Of a stretch of 64,000 bases of DNA, positions 38,539 through 46,247 are shown piece after piece. The notes below the pieces were generated by a model, which ran no database searches, had not been told where the DNA came from, and saw only the letters and a list, made by a program, of their open reading frames with translations. This DNA comes from Gemmatimonadota bacterium (GTDB taxonomy: Bacteria > Gemmatimonadota > Gemmatimonadetes > Gemmatimonadales > GWC2-71-9), in assembly GCA_036679645.1 (NCBI GenBank), contig JAZDCY010000016.1, forward strand, positions 97,615-161,614. The letters run 5' to 3'. The first letter of the stretch is position 1, and each line of letters begins with the position of its first letter. The translations under genes were made by a program, and so were the position numbers.

Positions 38539-41093
38539 CCGAGATCACGTCCAAGCTCTCCACCGCCCTCGCGGACCGCTACAAGCTTGAGCGCCGCCTC
38601 GGCGAAGGCGGCATGGCCACCGTCTACCTCGCCGAGGACGTGAAGCACGAGCGGCAGGTCGCCGTGAAAGTGCTGCGGCCGGAGTTGGCGGCAGTGCTCG
38701 GCGAAACGCTCAGGGACAAGCTGAACCGCGAAACGCAACTCTCCATCGACGAGGCGGTCAGCATCACGACCGCCATTGCGGACGCGCTCGACTACGCGCA
38801 CCGGAACAACGTCATCCATCGGGACATCAAGCCCGAGAACCTACTGCTCCACGATGGCCGTCCCATGGTCGCCGACTTCGGGATCGCGTTGGCGGTGAGT
38901 GCGGCAGCGGGTGGGCGCATGACCGAGACGGGCCTGTCCCTCGGCACCCCGCACTACATGTCGCCCGAGCAAGCGACGGCGGAGAAGGACCTTACCAACC
39001 GTTCGGACATCTACTCGTTGGGCAGTGTGCTGTACGAGATGCTGACCGGCGAACCGCCGCACATCGGTGGGTCGGCGCAGGCGATCATCATGAAGATCGT
39101 GACCGACGATGCACGCCCGGTCACGGAGTTGCGGAAATCGGTGCCGCCCCATGTTGCGGCTGCGACGGCGAAGTCGTTGGAGCGGCTGGCGGCGGATCGG
39201 TTCGAGAGTGCGGCGAAGTTTGCGGAAGCGTTGACTAACCCGGCGTTCACGTTGCCGACGACGCAGGCCGCAGTGGCGGGAGCACCGGCGAGCGGTTCGT
39301 GGAATCGCTTGAGCATTGGATTCGCGGTCTTCGCGGGGTGGATGACGGTCACGACGCTGTGGGGTTGGCTGCGGCCCCAGCCTGAAGTGCCGAAGCCCGT
39401 CTCGCGGTACAGCGTCGCGCTACCCGAGGAGGAGGCCCTGTTCAATGGCTTGGGGTCACGAGTGGCGGTCTCGCCGGACGGCTCGCGCTTGGTGTATGTC
39501 GGAGCGGGTGAACAGAACTCCCGGCTGTTGGTGCGCGACTTGGATCAGCTTCGCGCTACGCCGCTGCCGGGCACGGACAACGCGAGCCAACCGTTCTTCT
39601 CGCCCGATGGATCGCGTGTGGGGTTCTACGTCGGTGGCACTGAGAATGAGTGGCGCGTAGCGTCTCTCGGCGGCGGTCCCCCGATCACCATCGCCGATTC
39701 TGGTACGGGGTGGCTTGGAGGCTCATGGGGGCCCGACGGCTACCTGTACTTCGACGGCACCCTTCCGGGTAGCGGGCTTGTACGTGTGGCGGAAGGTGGA
39801 GGTGCGCCGGAGGCCGTGACGATGAGGGACACCACGCAAGGGGAAGAAGCGCACATCTGGCCCGAGGCGCTCCCCGGTGGTCACGGCGTCGTGTTCACGG
39901 CGCTACGTGGCGGATGGGTCAGCTTCGCCGAGTGGGACATCGCCGTGGTCGATGTTGGGACAGGCACGCACAGCGTGTTGCTGCGGGGGGTGCGGGCGCG
40001 GTATGCCGCGTCGGGGCACCTCGTGTACGTGACGGCGGACGGGACGCTGATGGCGGTGCCGTTCGATGAAACGACATTGGCGGTCACGGGGGACGCGGTG
40101 GCCCTCGTGGAGGGTCTGCGGGTCGGGTTCGTGGGTATTGTGGACCTCGCAGTCTCAGCGACGGGGACGCTGTTCTACACGAGCGGGGACGTATATGGAG
40201 GCGGACTTGGGGAGGTGGTGTGGGTGACGCGGGACGGAACCGCCGAGGAGATCGACCCCGATTGGACGGCGGACTTCTTGTGGCCGAAGCTTTCCCCCGA
40301 CGGGATGTATTTGGCGGTGGGCATCACTGCGAACGACGAGCTACAGATTTGGATCAAAGAGTTGGATCGAGGGCCGTTTCCGAAGCTCACGTTCACGGGC
40401 TCGCTGAACCAGCGGCCCGCGTGGACACCGGATGGGCGGTCGGTGGCCTTCTCGTCGAATCGCGGGGACAATCTTGACTTGTATGTGCGGCGGGCAGACG
40501 GGACGGGACAGCCGCAGTTGCTGCTGGACGAGGAGCGGCCCCTTGAGGAAGTGACGTACTCCCCGGACGGGGAATGGCTCGTATACCGCGAAGGCGGGGA
40601 GGATCGTAAGCGTGACCTCTATGCGCGGCGCATGGGGTCTGACACGGCAACGGCCCTCGTGGTGACGGAGTACGATGAAACCTCCCCGGCGGTGTCACCG
40701 GATGGCCGGTGGCTGGCCTATGTCTCGAACGAGTCAGGCCGGTACGAGGTGTACGTGCGCCCGTTTCCCAACACGAATGATGGGAGGTGGCAGGTCTCTA
40801 CCGATGGAGGAGTTGAACCCGTGTGGGCGCACAGCGGGCGGGAGTTGTTCTACAAGGGAAGCGGGAACTTGATCGTTGTGGAGGTATTGCCGGGAGCCAC
40901 CTTCGTGACCGGCGAGCGCGGCGTGCTGTTTTCTACTCAAAGGTTTGGTGGCTCGAACCCCATTCATCAGTCCTACGATGTGACGCTCGACGACCAGCGG
41001 TTCGTGATGATTCGGAGTCCCAATGCCGAGGCGAATCAGTTGATCGTGGTCGAGAACTTCTTCGAGGAGTTGAAGGCGAAGGTGGGGAACTGA
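38535..41093 (+). CDS. Paralogous kinase-PD40 protein with a 41-aa in-frame N-lobe deletion; probable CTG start
   Basis: CTG ACC GAG ATC ACG TCC AAG mirrors MTEITAK of the upstream paralog; LAAVLG-ETLRDKL lacks alphaC through hinge; downstream motifs intact. Confidence 0.85.
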   Translation: MTEITSKLSTALADRYKLERRLGEGGMATVYLAEDVKHERQVAVKVLRPELAAVLGETLRDKLNRETQLSIDEAVSITTAIADALDYAHRNNVIHRDIKPENLLLHDGRPMVADFGIALAVSAAAGGRMTETGLSLGTPHYMSPEQATAEKDLTNRSDIYSLGSVLYEMLTGEPPHIGGSAQAIIMKIVTDDARPVTELRKSVPPHVAAATAKSLERLAADRFESAAKFAEALTNPAFTLPTTQAAVAGAPASGSWNRLSIGFAVFAGWMTVTTLWGWLRPQPEVPKPVSRYSVALPEEEALFNGLGSRVAVSPDGSRLVYVGAGEQNSRLLVRDLDQLRATPLPGTDNASQPFFSPDGSRVGFYVGGTENEWRVASLGGGPPITIADSGTGWLGGSWGPDGYLYFDGTLPGSGLVRVAEGGGAPEAVTMRDTTQGEEAHIWPEALPGGHGVVFTALRGGWVSFAEWDIAVVDVGTGTHSVLLRGVRARYAASGHLVYVTADGTLMAVPFDETTLAVTGDAVALVEGLRVGFVGIVDLAVSATGTLFYTSGDVYGGGLGEVVWVTRDGTAEEIDPDWTADFLWPKLSPDGMYLAVGITANDELQIWIKELDRGPFPKLTFTGSLNQRPAWTPDGRSVAFSSNRGDNLDLYVRRADGTGQPQLLLDEERPLEEVTYSPDGEWLVYREGGEDRKRDLYARRMGSDTATALVVTEYDETSPAVSPDGRWLAYVSNESGRYEVYVRPFPNTNDGRWQVSTDGGVEPVWAHSGRELFYKGSGNLIVVEVLPGATFVTGERGVLFSTQRFGGSNPIHQSYDVTLDDQRFVMIRSPNAEANQLIVVENFFEELKAKVGN

Positions 41094-41096
41094 AAT

Positions 41097-41130
41097 CCAC
41101 AGCGCATCGCTCGCTGTGGGGTTTTCGTTT
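41097..41130 (+). terminator. Intrinsic terminator between kinase and convergent tRNA cluster
   Basis: ccacagcg-catcgct-cgctgtgg followed by ggttttcgttt. Confidence 0.6.
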
Positions 41131-41136
41131 GCTCGA

Positions 41137-41210
<74 letters not shown>

Positions 41211-41278
41211 TGATGACTGACAGGTGCCCAGGTGCTCGGTTGCTCAGGTGCTCAGAGGTTTCCGTCATTCCTAGCCAA

Positions 41279-41352
41279 TCGGGGCGGGCGGATTCGAACC
41301 GCCGACCTCCTGCTCCCGAAGCAGGCGCGCTACCGAGCTGCGCTACGCCCCG
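41279..41352 (-). tRNA. tRNA-Pro(CGG)
   Basis: CGGGGCGTAGCGCAG, anticodon arm CCTGC-TTCGGGA-GCAGG, GTTCGAATC. Confidence 0.96.
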
Positions 41353-41357
41353 TCCAG

Positions 41358-41431
41358 TGCGCCCAGGAGGACTCGAACCCCCAACCTCTTGGTCCGTAGC
41401 CAAACGCTCTATCCAGTTGAGCTATGGGCGC
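41358..41431 (-). tRNA. tRNA-Arg(ACG)
   Basis: GCGCCCATAGCTCAACTGGATAGAGC, anticodon loop CTACGGA, GTTCGAGTC. Confidence 0.96.
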
Positions 41432-41441
41432 GGTACTGATT

Positions 41442-41570
41442 AGACGCTCAGTTGCTCAGACGCTCAGATTCGTTCCGGTACACTCTGCCTGCGCGTCTGC
41501 GCGTCTGTGCGTCTGTGCATCTGTGCATCTGTGCATCTGTGCGTCTGTGCGTCTGTGCGTCTGTGCGTCT
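41442..41570. repeat. Octamer microsatellite (CTGYGCRT x10) with short inverted arm
   Basis: Ten tandem units at 41489-41568; upstream agacgctc/agttgctc/agacgctc units are near reverse complements. Confidence 0.9.
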
Positions 41571-41575
41571 CTCAG

Positions 41576-41649
<74 letters not shown>

Positions 41650-41659
41650 GTAAGACGCG

Positions 41660-41733
41660 AAACGGACGGCCAGCCGGATGGTCGGACAGAAAGGATGTTC
41701 CGTCCGCCTGTCCGCCCGTCCGCCCGTCCGTCT
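41660..41733. repeat. Octamer-repeat hairpin (YGTCCGCC units) in a tRNA spacer
   Basis: cgtccgcc/tgtccgcc/cgtccgcc/cgtccgtc with upstream cggac-type inverted units. Confidence 0.65.
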
Positions 41734-41737
41734 GCAG

Positions 41738-41811
41738 TAGCGGGGGTGGGATTTGAACCCACGACCTCCGGGTTATGAGCCCGGCGAGCTACCAGACTGC
41801 TCCACCCCGCG
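41738..41811 (-). tRNA. Initiator tRNA-fMet(CAT)
   Basis: CGCGGGGTGGAGCAG; C1:U72 mismatch; three G-C pairs in the anticodon stem CCGGG-CTCATAA-CCCGG. Confidence 0.96.
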
Positions 41812-41987
41812 CCGATGAACTCCCAGGCGGCCTTGGCCGCCTCCAATCAAACGGGTCAGGGCTTCAGCCCTGCTTCCGAGACTGCTCCACCCCGCGCCGA
41901 TGAACTCCCAGGCGGCCTTGGCCGCCTCCAATCAAACGGGTCAGGGCTTGAGCCCTGCCTCCGAGACTGCTCCACCCCGCGCCGATG
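41794..41987 (-). repeat. 85-bp tandem repeat (about 2.3 copies) duplicating the tRNA-fMet 5' end
   Basis: Identical 24-mer at 41794-41817, 41879-41902 and 41964-41987; the intervening 61-mers differ at 2 positions. Confidence 0.95.
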
Positions 41988-42005
41988 TCCTTCCGCCCTT
42001 CCGAG

Positions 42006-42078
42006 AGCGGGAAACGGGACTCGAACCCGCGACCCCAACCTTGGCAAGGTTGTGCTCTACCAGCTGAGCTATTCCCGC
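42006..42078 (-). tRNA. tRNA-Gly(GCC)
   Basis: GCGGGAATAGCTCAGCTGGTAGAGC, anticodon arm CAACC-TTGCCAA-GGTTG. Confidence 0.96.
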
Positions 42079-42230
42079 AGTACTGAGAGACGCCTAGACG
42101 CGAAAGACGCCGAGACGCCCAAGCATTTGCACCGGGAAAACCTACCCACTCAACCCTGCCCGCCGCTAGGCGTCTGCGCGTCTCCCCCACTTCATTCTGC
42201 ACACGGGGAAGGGCAGTTGGGCTGGGCCAG

Positions 42231-42303
42231 TGGAGGCGAGGGGAATCGAACCCCTGACCTCGTGAATGCCATTCACGCGCTCTCCCAACTGAGCTACGCC
42301 CCC
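42231..42303 (-). tRNA. tRNA-Ala(GGC)
   Basis: GGGGGCGTAGCTCAGTTGGGAGAGC, anticodon loop ATGGCAT, G3:U70 pair. Confidence 0.96.
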
Positions 42304-42350
42304 ATTATATTATTTGGGTCCCCCCGGGGGACGCCCGCCGGTAGCATGGC

Positions 42351-42379
42351 AAGCTAGCCAGAGCCCACCGGAGGGTCAA
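42351..42379 (-). promoter_or_regulatory. Putative sigma70 promoter of the tRNA operon
   Basis: Minus strand TTGACC-17 nt-TAGCTT, about 48 nt upstream of tRNA-Ala. Confidence 0.55.
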
Positions 42380-42495
42380 GCGCCAACGGCGCTATCCCGC
42401 AACATAATTGGGCAGTCGGTGTAGAATTTCTGCGGAAACGTGCACCGAATCGCCGGCCTTGAAGGTCGGCGTGCAACGTGATATATGGGAGCATC

Positions 42496-43407
42496 ATGGC
42501 GAAGCCCCAAAGCAAGAAGAAGCCCAAGACCGCGACAAAACGACGCCGGAGGACAACGGCGGCAATCGCGGTCAATGAAGACGACCGGGACCTTCTCGAC
42601 CAGTACCTCTATGAGGTGAGCAAGACCCCCCTCCTGACACCACCGGAGGAGATCGCGCTCGCCCGGAAGGTGCGGGCCGGCGATCCAGAGGCGATGCAGG
42701 AGCTCGCGAAGCGCAACCTGCGCTTCGTCATCTCCGTCGCCAAGAAATACCAGAATCGCGGTCTGCCTCTTACCGACCTCATCGGCGAAGGGAACGTCGG
42801 GTTGCTCACGGCCGCCCGGAAATTCGACCCTGACCAGGGAGTCAAGTTCATCTCGTACGCGGTCTGGTGGATCCGACAGGCAATACTCGCCTCGCTCGCC
42901 CGCCACGGCCGTACCGTCCGTGTGCCCCTCAACCGGACCGCCGATCTCTCGAAGATCGTCCGGACCGCCGAAGCGCTGCGGCAGGAGCTGCGTCGCGAAC
43001 CGACACCGGAAGAGATCTCGGAAGCGACAGGTCTGTCACTCGAGGTCGTGCAATCCCTCGCGGCCCTGAACACCGGCGAGGTGCGTCTCGACGCGCCTCT
43101 CGATCCGGATGGCGATCGGGCACTGATCGAGCGATTCATTGCCGAGGATCTGCCCGGTACCGAAGAGAAGACGATGGAGCGGTTCCTGTCGGATGAGGTT
43201 GAGTCCGCGCTGACGTCTCTCCCGCCGCGGGATGCGAGAGTGCTCAAGCTGTACTTCGGGCTGAACGGCGGGCGCGAGCACACGCTCGAGGAGATCGGTG
43301 GCATGCTCGGTGTCACCCGGGAGCGGGTGCGCCAACTGCGCGACCGAGCGTTGAAACGCCTGCGCGAGGGCGACGTCGGAAAGGCGCTGGCGAGCTTCGC
43401 AGCGTAG
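42496..43407 (+). CDS. RNA polymerase sigma factor, RpoD/SigA family lacking region 1.1
   Basis: YLYEVSKTPLLT (r1.2), NLRFVISVAKKY, DLIGEGNVGL, KFISYAVWWIRQAI, TLEEIG..TRERVRQ. Confidence 0.93.
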   Translation: MAKPQSKKKPKTATKRRRRTTAAIAVNEDDRDLLDQYLYEVSKTPLLTPPEEIALARKVRAGDPEAMQELAKRNLRFVISVAKKYQNRGLPLTDLIGEGNVGLLTAARKFDPDQGVKFISYAVWWIRQAILASLARHGRTVRVPLNRTADLSKIVRTAEALRQELRREPTPEEISEATGLSLEVVQSLAALNTGEVRLDAPLDPDGDRALIERFIAEDLPGTEEKTMERFLSDEVESALTSLPPRDARVLKLYFGLNGGREHTLEEIGGMLGVTRERVRQLRDRALKRLREGDVGKALASFAA

Positions 43408-43513
43408 CAGGCGGAAGGGCGGAGTGGCGTAGAGTAAGGACCGGGGCAGGTCAGCTGGAGCTGGCCTGCCCCGATCTACGTTCCGCCATTCCGCCATTCC
43501 GCCATTCCGCCTG
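43408..43513. repeat. Long hairpin with CCGCCATT octamer arm
   Basis: caggcggaagggcggagtggcgtaga ... tctacgttccgccattccgccattccgccattccgcctg enclosing an inner stem cggggcagg/cctgccccg. Confidence 0.7.
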
Positions 43514-43531
43514 TCCGACCATCTTCCGTCC

Positions 43532-44293
43532 GTGATTTCCGCCGTCAAGGGCCGTGTCACTGCGTGGTACGCCGGTTTTGGACGCCTCGCCCAGTTCCTG
43601 CTCGACTTGGGGCGGGCGCTGCGGGATGTCCGCACTTGGTCGGCCCAGACCGCGGTGCAGTTGCGCCGAATAGGCGTCGACTCGGTACCCATCGCGCTCT
43701 TTATCGCCGCGTTCACCGGTATCGTGCTGGCTCTCCAGGCCTCGTACACGTTTACCGGTGCGGTCCCGCTCTACTTTGTGGGCACGCTCGTGGGCAAGAC
43801 CGTCATGTTGGAGTTGGGACCCGTGCTTACGGGTCTTGCCCTCGCGGGCAGAGTCGGCGGCAACATCGCGGCGGAACTCGGCACGATGCGCGTGACCGCA
43901 CAGGTCGATGCGCTGGAGACCCTCGCATACAATCCGTTGGCCTTTCTCGCCGTGCCCCGAGTGCTGGCGGCGACGATCATGTTCCCTATCGTCGTTGCGT
44001 TGGCGATGGGGGTCGGTCTGTTCTCGGGGTACGTCACGGCCGTGAACCTGCTCGATCTCTCGACGGTCGAGTTCGTGCGCGGTCTCCGGCTCTTCTATGA
44101 GTTCAAGGACATCTGGTTCGGGCTCGTGAAGAGCATGTCGTTTGGCTTTGCAATCGCCGTGATCGGATGCCTCAAGGGTCTCGAGGTACGACGCGGCGCC
44201 CAGGAGGTAGGCCGCGCTACGACGAGCGCGGTGGTGTTGAGCGCGCAGATGATCCTGGTGCTCGATGCCTTCTGGGCGGTGATGTTGCTGTGA
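43532..44293 (+). CDS. mlaE: MlaE family ABC permease
   Basis: ELGPVLTGLALAGRVG, AAELGTMRVTAQVDALE, VGRATTSAVV. Confidence 0.92.
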   Translation: MISAVKGRVTAWYAGFGRLAQFLLDLGRALRDVRTWSAQTAVQLRRIGVDSVPIALFIAAFTGIVLALQASYTFTGAVPLYFVGTLVGKTVMLELGPVLTGLALAGRVGGNIAAELGTMRVTAQVDALETLAYNPLAFLAVPRVLAATIMFPIVVALAMGVGLFSGYVTAVNLLDLSTVEFVRGLRLFYEFKDIWFGLVKSMSFGFAIAVIGCLKGLEVRRGAQEVGRATTSAVVLSAQMILVLDAFWAVMLL

Positions 44294-44315
44294 AGATCCG
44301 CGGCAGTCGCCTCCG

Positions 44316-45095
44316 ATGATCACCTTCCACGACGTGCACAAGGCGTTCGGCACCAACCGGGTGCTCGAGGGGTTCTCATTGGAGATCCCCGATGGCCAGA
44401 CTACGGTCATCCTGGGATACTCCGGCAGTGGCAAGAGCGTCGCGCTCAAACACATCGTGGGGCTGCTCGAGCCCGACGCTGGTGAAGTGGTGGTGGATGG
44501 AGATGTCGTGCACCAACTCGGCCCGGACGCGCTGACCGCGCTGCGTGCCCGGATTGGCTATGTGTTTCAGTTCGCGGCACTATTCGACTCGATGACCATT
44601 GCCGAGAATCTCGCGTTGGGGCTGAGGCGCCAGCAACTGGAGGAATCCGAAATAGTGCGTCGCACTGCCGAATCGCTGGCCCTCGTGGGGCTCGAGGGGA
44701 CCGAGCAGTTGTATCCGGCCGAGCTGTCCGGTGGCATGCGCAAGCGCGTCGGGATTGCCCGAGCGATTGCGCTGAAACCGAAATACATTCTCTATGACGA
44801 GCCGACGACGGGGCTCGACCCGGTCACTTCGGCCGTCATGGACCAACTCATGATACGCACACGCGAGACATTCGGCGTCACGAGCGTCGTGGTCACTCAC
44901 GACATGCGCAGCGCGTACACGGTCGGGGACCGGATTGCCATGCTGTACCGCGGGACCGTCCGGCAGGTCGGGACGGTCGAGCAGATCCGTCAGTCGCACG
45001 ATGCGGTCGTCCGGCAGTTCATCGAGGGGCGTCCTGAGGCGGCGGAGGAAGCGGAACGCGCTTCGGCACCGTACGCGCCGGGAGGATATGCGTGA
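44316..45095 (+). CDS. mlaF: MlaF family ABC ATP-binding protein
   Basis: GYSGSGKS, FQFAALFDS, LSGGMRKRV, YDEPTTGLDP, VTHD. Confidence 0.92.
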   Translation: MITFHDVHKAFGTNRVLEGFSLEIPDGQTTVILGYSGSGKSVALKHIVGLLEPDAGEVVVDGDVVHQLGPDALTALRARIGYVFQFAALFDSMTIAENLALGLRRQQLEESEIVRRTAESLALVGLEGTEQLYPAELSGGMRKRVGIARAIALKPKYILYDEPTTGLDPVTSAVMDQLMIRTRETFGVTSVVVTHDMRSAYTVGDRIAMLYRGTVRQVGTVEQIRQSHDAVVRQFIEGRPEAAEEAERASAPYAPGGYA

Positions 45096-46099
45096 AACGG
45101 CGGGATGAGGTTGTAGTCGGTGCGACCGTCGTGATATCGCTCGCGATGATCATCGCCGGCGCGCTCTGGCTCTCCGAATCCGATCTCGGTCGCAGCGGAG
45201 AGAACTACACGGCGCGATTCCGCACGGTAGGGGGACTAGGTGTGGGGGACCCGGTCGTGTTGCGTGGCGTACGCGTGGGCCGCGTGGCGGCCATAAAGCT
45301 GGGCGAGCGGAACTGGGTCGAGGCGGAGTTACAGATCTACCGCGACGTTGCCCTGCCCGAAGATCCAGCGATCGTGGCTGCGTCTGCCTCTCTCTTCGGC
45401 GAGTGGCAAGCGGGTATCATCAGCCTCGCCCAGGCACCAGACGACCCCAACTTGCGGCGGGACCTCAACGATGCGGTGGGCCAGGGCGAAGACGCCTGGC
45501 CCGGCGCCACACTACCCGACATCGGACAGCTCACTGCGCAGGCGGGACGGATAGCGACGGACATCGCGTCCTTCTCGTCGCGCGTGCAGGAGGCCTTCGA
45601 CTCGTCTGCGGTCAGGCACCTCCAGCGGTCCATTCAGGACTTCGGCCGGGTCGCCGACGAGATGGTGACGTTCGTGGCACAGCAGACGACCGTTCTCGCC
45701 AGTGTCGGCGGCCGGCTCGCGCAGGGCTCGGACGCGCTCGCCAATGCGGCCGTGACTCTCCAGACGTCGCTCGCTCGGGTCGATTCGGCGACCAACCAGG
45801 GCGAGTTGGAACAGATCATCAATAACACCCAGGCGGCCTCGCAGAACATCCGCGAGGCCTCGAAGGACTTCAACGAACTGGTGGGGCTTGCCAACGAGAA
45901 CCAGCAGAGCCTGGTGCGCATGCTACTGGCAGCTGACTCGGTCATGAGCCGGATCGTCAACCGGCAGGGTACGCTCGGAATGCTGGTGGGCGATACGACG
46001 CTCTATGTCCAGACCCTGCAGGCGGTGGGGCAACTGCGCACCCTGCTGGCGGACATCCAGGCGAATCCACGGAAATACTTCAAGTTCTCGGTATTCTGA
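45092..46099 (+). CDS. mlaD: MlaD/MCE family protein
   Basis: N-terminal TM; GLGVGDPVVLRGVRVGRV; helical tail; DIQANPRKYFKFSVF. Confidence 0.88.
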   Translation: MKRRDEVVVGATVVISLAMIIAGALWLSESDLGRSGENYTARFRTVGGLGVGDPVVLRGVRVGRVAAIKLGERNWVEAELQIYRDVALPEDPAIVAASASLFGEWQAGIISLAQAPDDPNLRRDLNDAVGQGEDAWPGATLPDIGQLTAQAGRIATDIASFSSRVQEAFDSSAVRHLQRSIQDFGRVADEMVTFVAQQTTVLASVGGRLAQGSDALANAAVTLQTSLARVDSATNQGELEQIINNTQAASQNIREASKDFNELVGLANENQQSLVRMLLAADSVMSRIVNRQGTLGMLVGDTTLYVQTLQAVGQLRTLLADIQANPRKYFKFSVF

Positions 46100-46116
46100 T
46101 TCCGGAGAGCTACGGA

Positions 46117-46215
46117 CGATCGGCGATTGACGATCTGCGATCGGCGATTTGCGATCTCCCCGTAGCGCGTACCCAATTGTCAATTGCCAATCGCCAATCG
46201 TACATCGCCGATCGT
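46117..46215. repeat. Inverted heptamer-repeat hairpin (CGATYKG-like units)
   Basis: cgatcgg/cgattga/cgatctg/cgatcgg/cgatttg versus caattgc/caatcgc/caatcgt/acatcgc/cgatcgt. Confidence 0.75.
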
Positions 46216-46247
46216 TCGGATTCCGTGGACCGGCTCATAGCGTAACC

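Noticed and set aside
35860..41093. Diversity-generating retroelement acting on kinase C-termini
   Set aside because: No reverse transcriptase in the window, both repeat copies are coding tails, and the two differences (C/T, A/G) are not an adenine-specific pattern.
41812..41981. Additional functional tRNA genes (for example CAA/GAA anticodons) in the repeat units
   Set aside because: No T-arm (GTTC.A) or complementary 3' acceptor strand, and the loop is not a canonical 7-nt anticodon loop.
41794..41987. Mini CRISPR array (24-bp repeat x3)
   Set aside because: The spacers are 61 nt and nearly identical, the repeat is the tRNA 5' end, and no cas genes are present.
41815..42357. ORFs predicted over the tRNA cluster
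   Set aside because: They overlap tRNA genes and repeats; spurious.
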